NCBI GenBank assembly: GCA_002269645.1 | Contig: NIVC01000133.1 | Span: 117,421-167,173 of the forward strand | DNA from: Macrostomum lignano | Taxonomy: Eukaryota | Length of the DNA stretch: 49,753 nucleotides | Direction of reading: 5' to 3' | Part shown: in pieces, positions 47,563 to 49,753 of the stretch | How positions within the stretch are numbered: position 1 is the first letter of the stretch | How the letters are laid out: each line of letters opens with the position of its first letter | Position numbers and translations under genes: made by a program | Notes under the pieces: generated by a model | What the model was told of the DNA's origin: nothing | Databases searched by the model: none | What the model saw: the letters and a program-made list of their open reading frames with translations, nothing else

Positions 47563-48033
47563 GAGAGATATGCGATTCTCTGATTGGTTGCGAGATATGC
47601 GATTCTCTGATTGGTTGCGAGATATGCGATTCTCTGATTGGTTCAGAGATATGCGATTCTCTGATTGGTTCAGAGATATGCAATTCTCTGATTGGTTCAG
47701 AGAAATGCGATTCTCTGATTGGTTGAGAGATATGCGATTCTCTGATTGGTTGCGAGATATGCGATTCTCTGATTGATTGCAAGATATGCGATTCTCTGAT
47801 TGGTTCAGAGACATGCGATTCTCTGATTGGTTCAGAGATATGCGATTCTCTAATTGGTTCAGAGATATGCGATTCTCTGATTTGTTCAGAGATATGCGAT
47901 TCTCTAATTGGTTCAGAGATATGCGATTCTCTAATTGGTTCAGAGATATGCGATTCTCTGATTGGTTCAGAGATATGCGATTCTCTAATTGGTTCAGAGA
48001 TATGCGATTCTCTGATTGGTTCAGAGATATGCG
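47563..48033. repeat. 27-bp minisatellite GAGATATGCGATTCTCTGATTGGTTCA, about 17 copies, in gene B intron 3
   Basis: 9-aa period. Confidence 0.97.
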
Positions 48034-48730
48034 ATCAGGGATGAAAGAAGCATATGGTTCTCTTATTGGATCAGAGGCCTGAAACTGAGAGGATTGATCA
48101 GTGGATAGAGGTGTATTGATGTAGACAGATTTTTTTGACAAACGGCCATAAAGTACGATACTTTATTTATAAATGCTGTCTTGAAGTTAATTTTTTTAAT
48201 AACTCTGTGTAAAATGAGAATATCTAAAATAGGAATACTGCATTGACCGTGTGTATTAAGATTATGATTAATTTCTATTATCATTCGAGGACGAGTCGAT
48301 TAGTATGAGATTTAGCCACAAAATTCATACAGTAAACGCATTGCACACCCCATCTGCAGCAAATGTTGACTTTTTACTCTCTCTCTCCCGTCTGTCTGTG
48401 ATCGCCAGCTGTTCTCCCGATCGTCGCTCCCGTAAGAAGTTTTCTCCCTTCTCTCCCACTCGATTCCTACCTTATTAGGCTAGGGTTGAAAGTAGCAATC
48501 CACAAGGCTTGGCTCCGCGAGATAGCGGGACAGCGTTGAGGGGCGTTCGGGTTGACTAAAAATTGCTTCTGCACTTACGAGAGATCTGGATGAATAATCT
48601 CATATTATCATAGTTCTTTATTACTTGGTTTATTTAAAAATATGTGCCTTTATATGTGAACTTATTTTATAGACTGTTTTATTTTACAGTTTCTACTTTC
48701 CAGATACTGTTTACGCTCGTATTTATTTAG

Positions 48731-48792
48731 CTGTTCTTGGCTTTGAAGTCCATGGTTTGCCATCCGTGTACGCGAATGCCAATGCTGATTAG
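48731..48792 (+). CDS. Gene B probable terminal exon (A-VLGFEVHGLPSVYANANAD*)
   Basis: atttatttag| acceptor, phase 1, open to TAG at 48790-48792. An alternative acceptor near 48413 cannot be excluded. Confidence 0.5.
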
Positions 48793-48836
48793 TAGGTGGG
48801 GCGAGATATGGTCTGGGCTTTCTAGTTACTTTACTG

Positions 48837-49753
48837 CAGGGGTTGGCAAACTACTTTTTATCTGAAGGGCCAGGTGAAACAGGAATAGAGAGGAAAGTAG
48901 AGAGAATAAAGAGGAGAGAAGAGATGGGATTTAGAAAAAAAGAGAAAAGAGGGATGAGAAGATAAATTATGATAAATCAAAGGAGCGAAGAGATGACAGG
49001 GAAGATACGAGGAGAAAGGAAGGGAGAGGAGAGAAGAGAGGAGGGAAGAGAGAAGAGAGGAGGGAGGAGAGAAGAGAGAGAGAGGGAAGAGAGAAGAGAG
49101 GAGGGAGGAGGAAAGAGAGAATGAAAGAGAGAAGAGAGGAGAAAGAGAGAATGAAAGAGAGAAGAGAGGAGGGAAAAGAGAAGAGAGAATGAAAGAGAGA
49201 AGAGAGGAGGAAAGAGAGAAGAGAGGAGGGAAAAGAGAAGAGAGGAGGAAAGAGAGAATGAAAGAGAGAAGAGAGGAGGGAAGAGAGAAGAGAGGAGGAA
49301 AGAGAGAATGAAAGAAGAGAGAGGAGGGAAGAGAGAAGAGAGAGAAGAGAGAAGAGAGAAGAGAGAGAAGAGAGGAAGAGAGAAGAGAGGAAAAGAGAGA
49401 ATGAAAGAGAGGAGGGAAGAGAGAAGAGAGGAGGAAAGAGAGAATGAAAGAGAGAAGAGACGAGGGAAGAGAGAAGAGAGAATGAAAGAGAGAAGAGAGG
49501 AGGGAAGAGAGAAGAGAGAATGAAAGAGAGAAGAAAGGAGGGAAGAGAGAAGAGAGAATGAAAGAGAGAAGAAAGGAGGGAAGAGAGAAGAGAGGAGAAA
49601 GAGAGAATGAAAGAGAGAAGAGAGGAGGGAAAAGAGAAGAGAGAATGAAAGAGAGAAGAAAGGAGGGAAGAGAGAAGAGAGGAATAAAGAGAGAATGAAA
49701 GAGAGAAGAGAGGAGGGAAGAGAGAAGAGAAGAGAGAAGAGAAGAGGGGGAGA
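48837..49753. mobile_element. Second hAT MITE copy, left end, followed by an expanded AG-rich repeat running off the window
   Basis: CAGGGGTTGGCAAAC...AAGGGCCAG matches the left end of 10968-11211, whose interior also contains a short AG-rich tract. Confidence 0.6.

Overview
Eukaryotic (animal) genomic DNA, not prokaryotic: it has GT-AG introns, a TTAGGG tract and tRNA-derived SINEs. The invertebrate, possibly Macrostomum-like, origin is only a guess from the very high minisatellite load. About 40% of the window is tandem repeat, in roughly 28 arrays, most with unrelated units, and nearly all long ORFs in the supplied track are artefacts of these arrays. Three spliced genes can be rebuilt by hand. 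Gene C (minus strand, ATG 32082, at least 7 exons down to 3234, all introns phase 1) encodes signal peptide + EGF-like + Ca-binding EGF + two TNFR-type Cys-rich half-repeats, an unusual EGF/TNFR hybrid whose 3' end is unresolved. Genes A (minus, 42522-41115, about 224 aa) and B (plus, 46520-48792, about 186 aa) lie head to head. Both are small type I membrane proteins with the same leading intron phases (0,0,1), a similar juxtamembrane motif and a C-terminal Tyr motif, so they may be diverged paralogous receptors. Mobile elements include a Helitron-like family carrying a minisatellite (2 copies), a hAT MITE with a perfect 8-bp TSD plus a second AG-expanded copy, a foldback MITE, a SINE with a CORE/Meta-like domain, and decayed piggyBac-like and Merlin/ISXO2-like transposase fragments. 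All gene models are manual and need RNA-seq confirmation.
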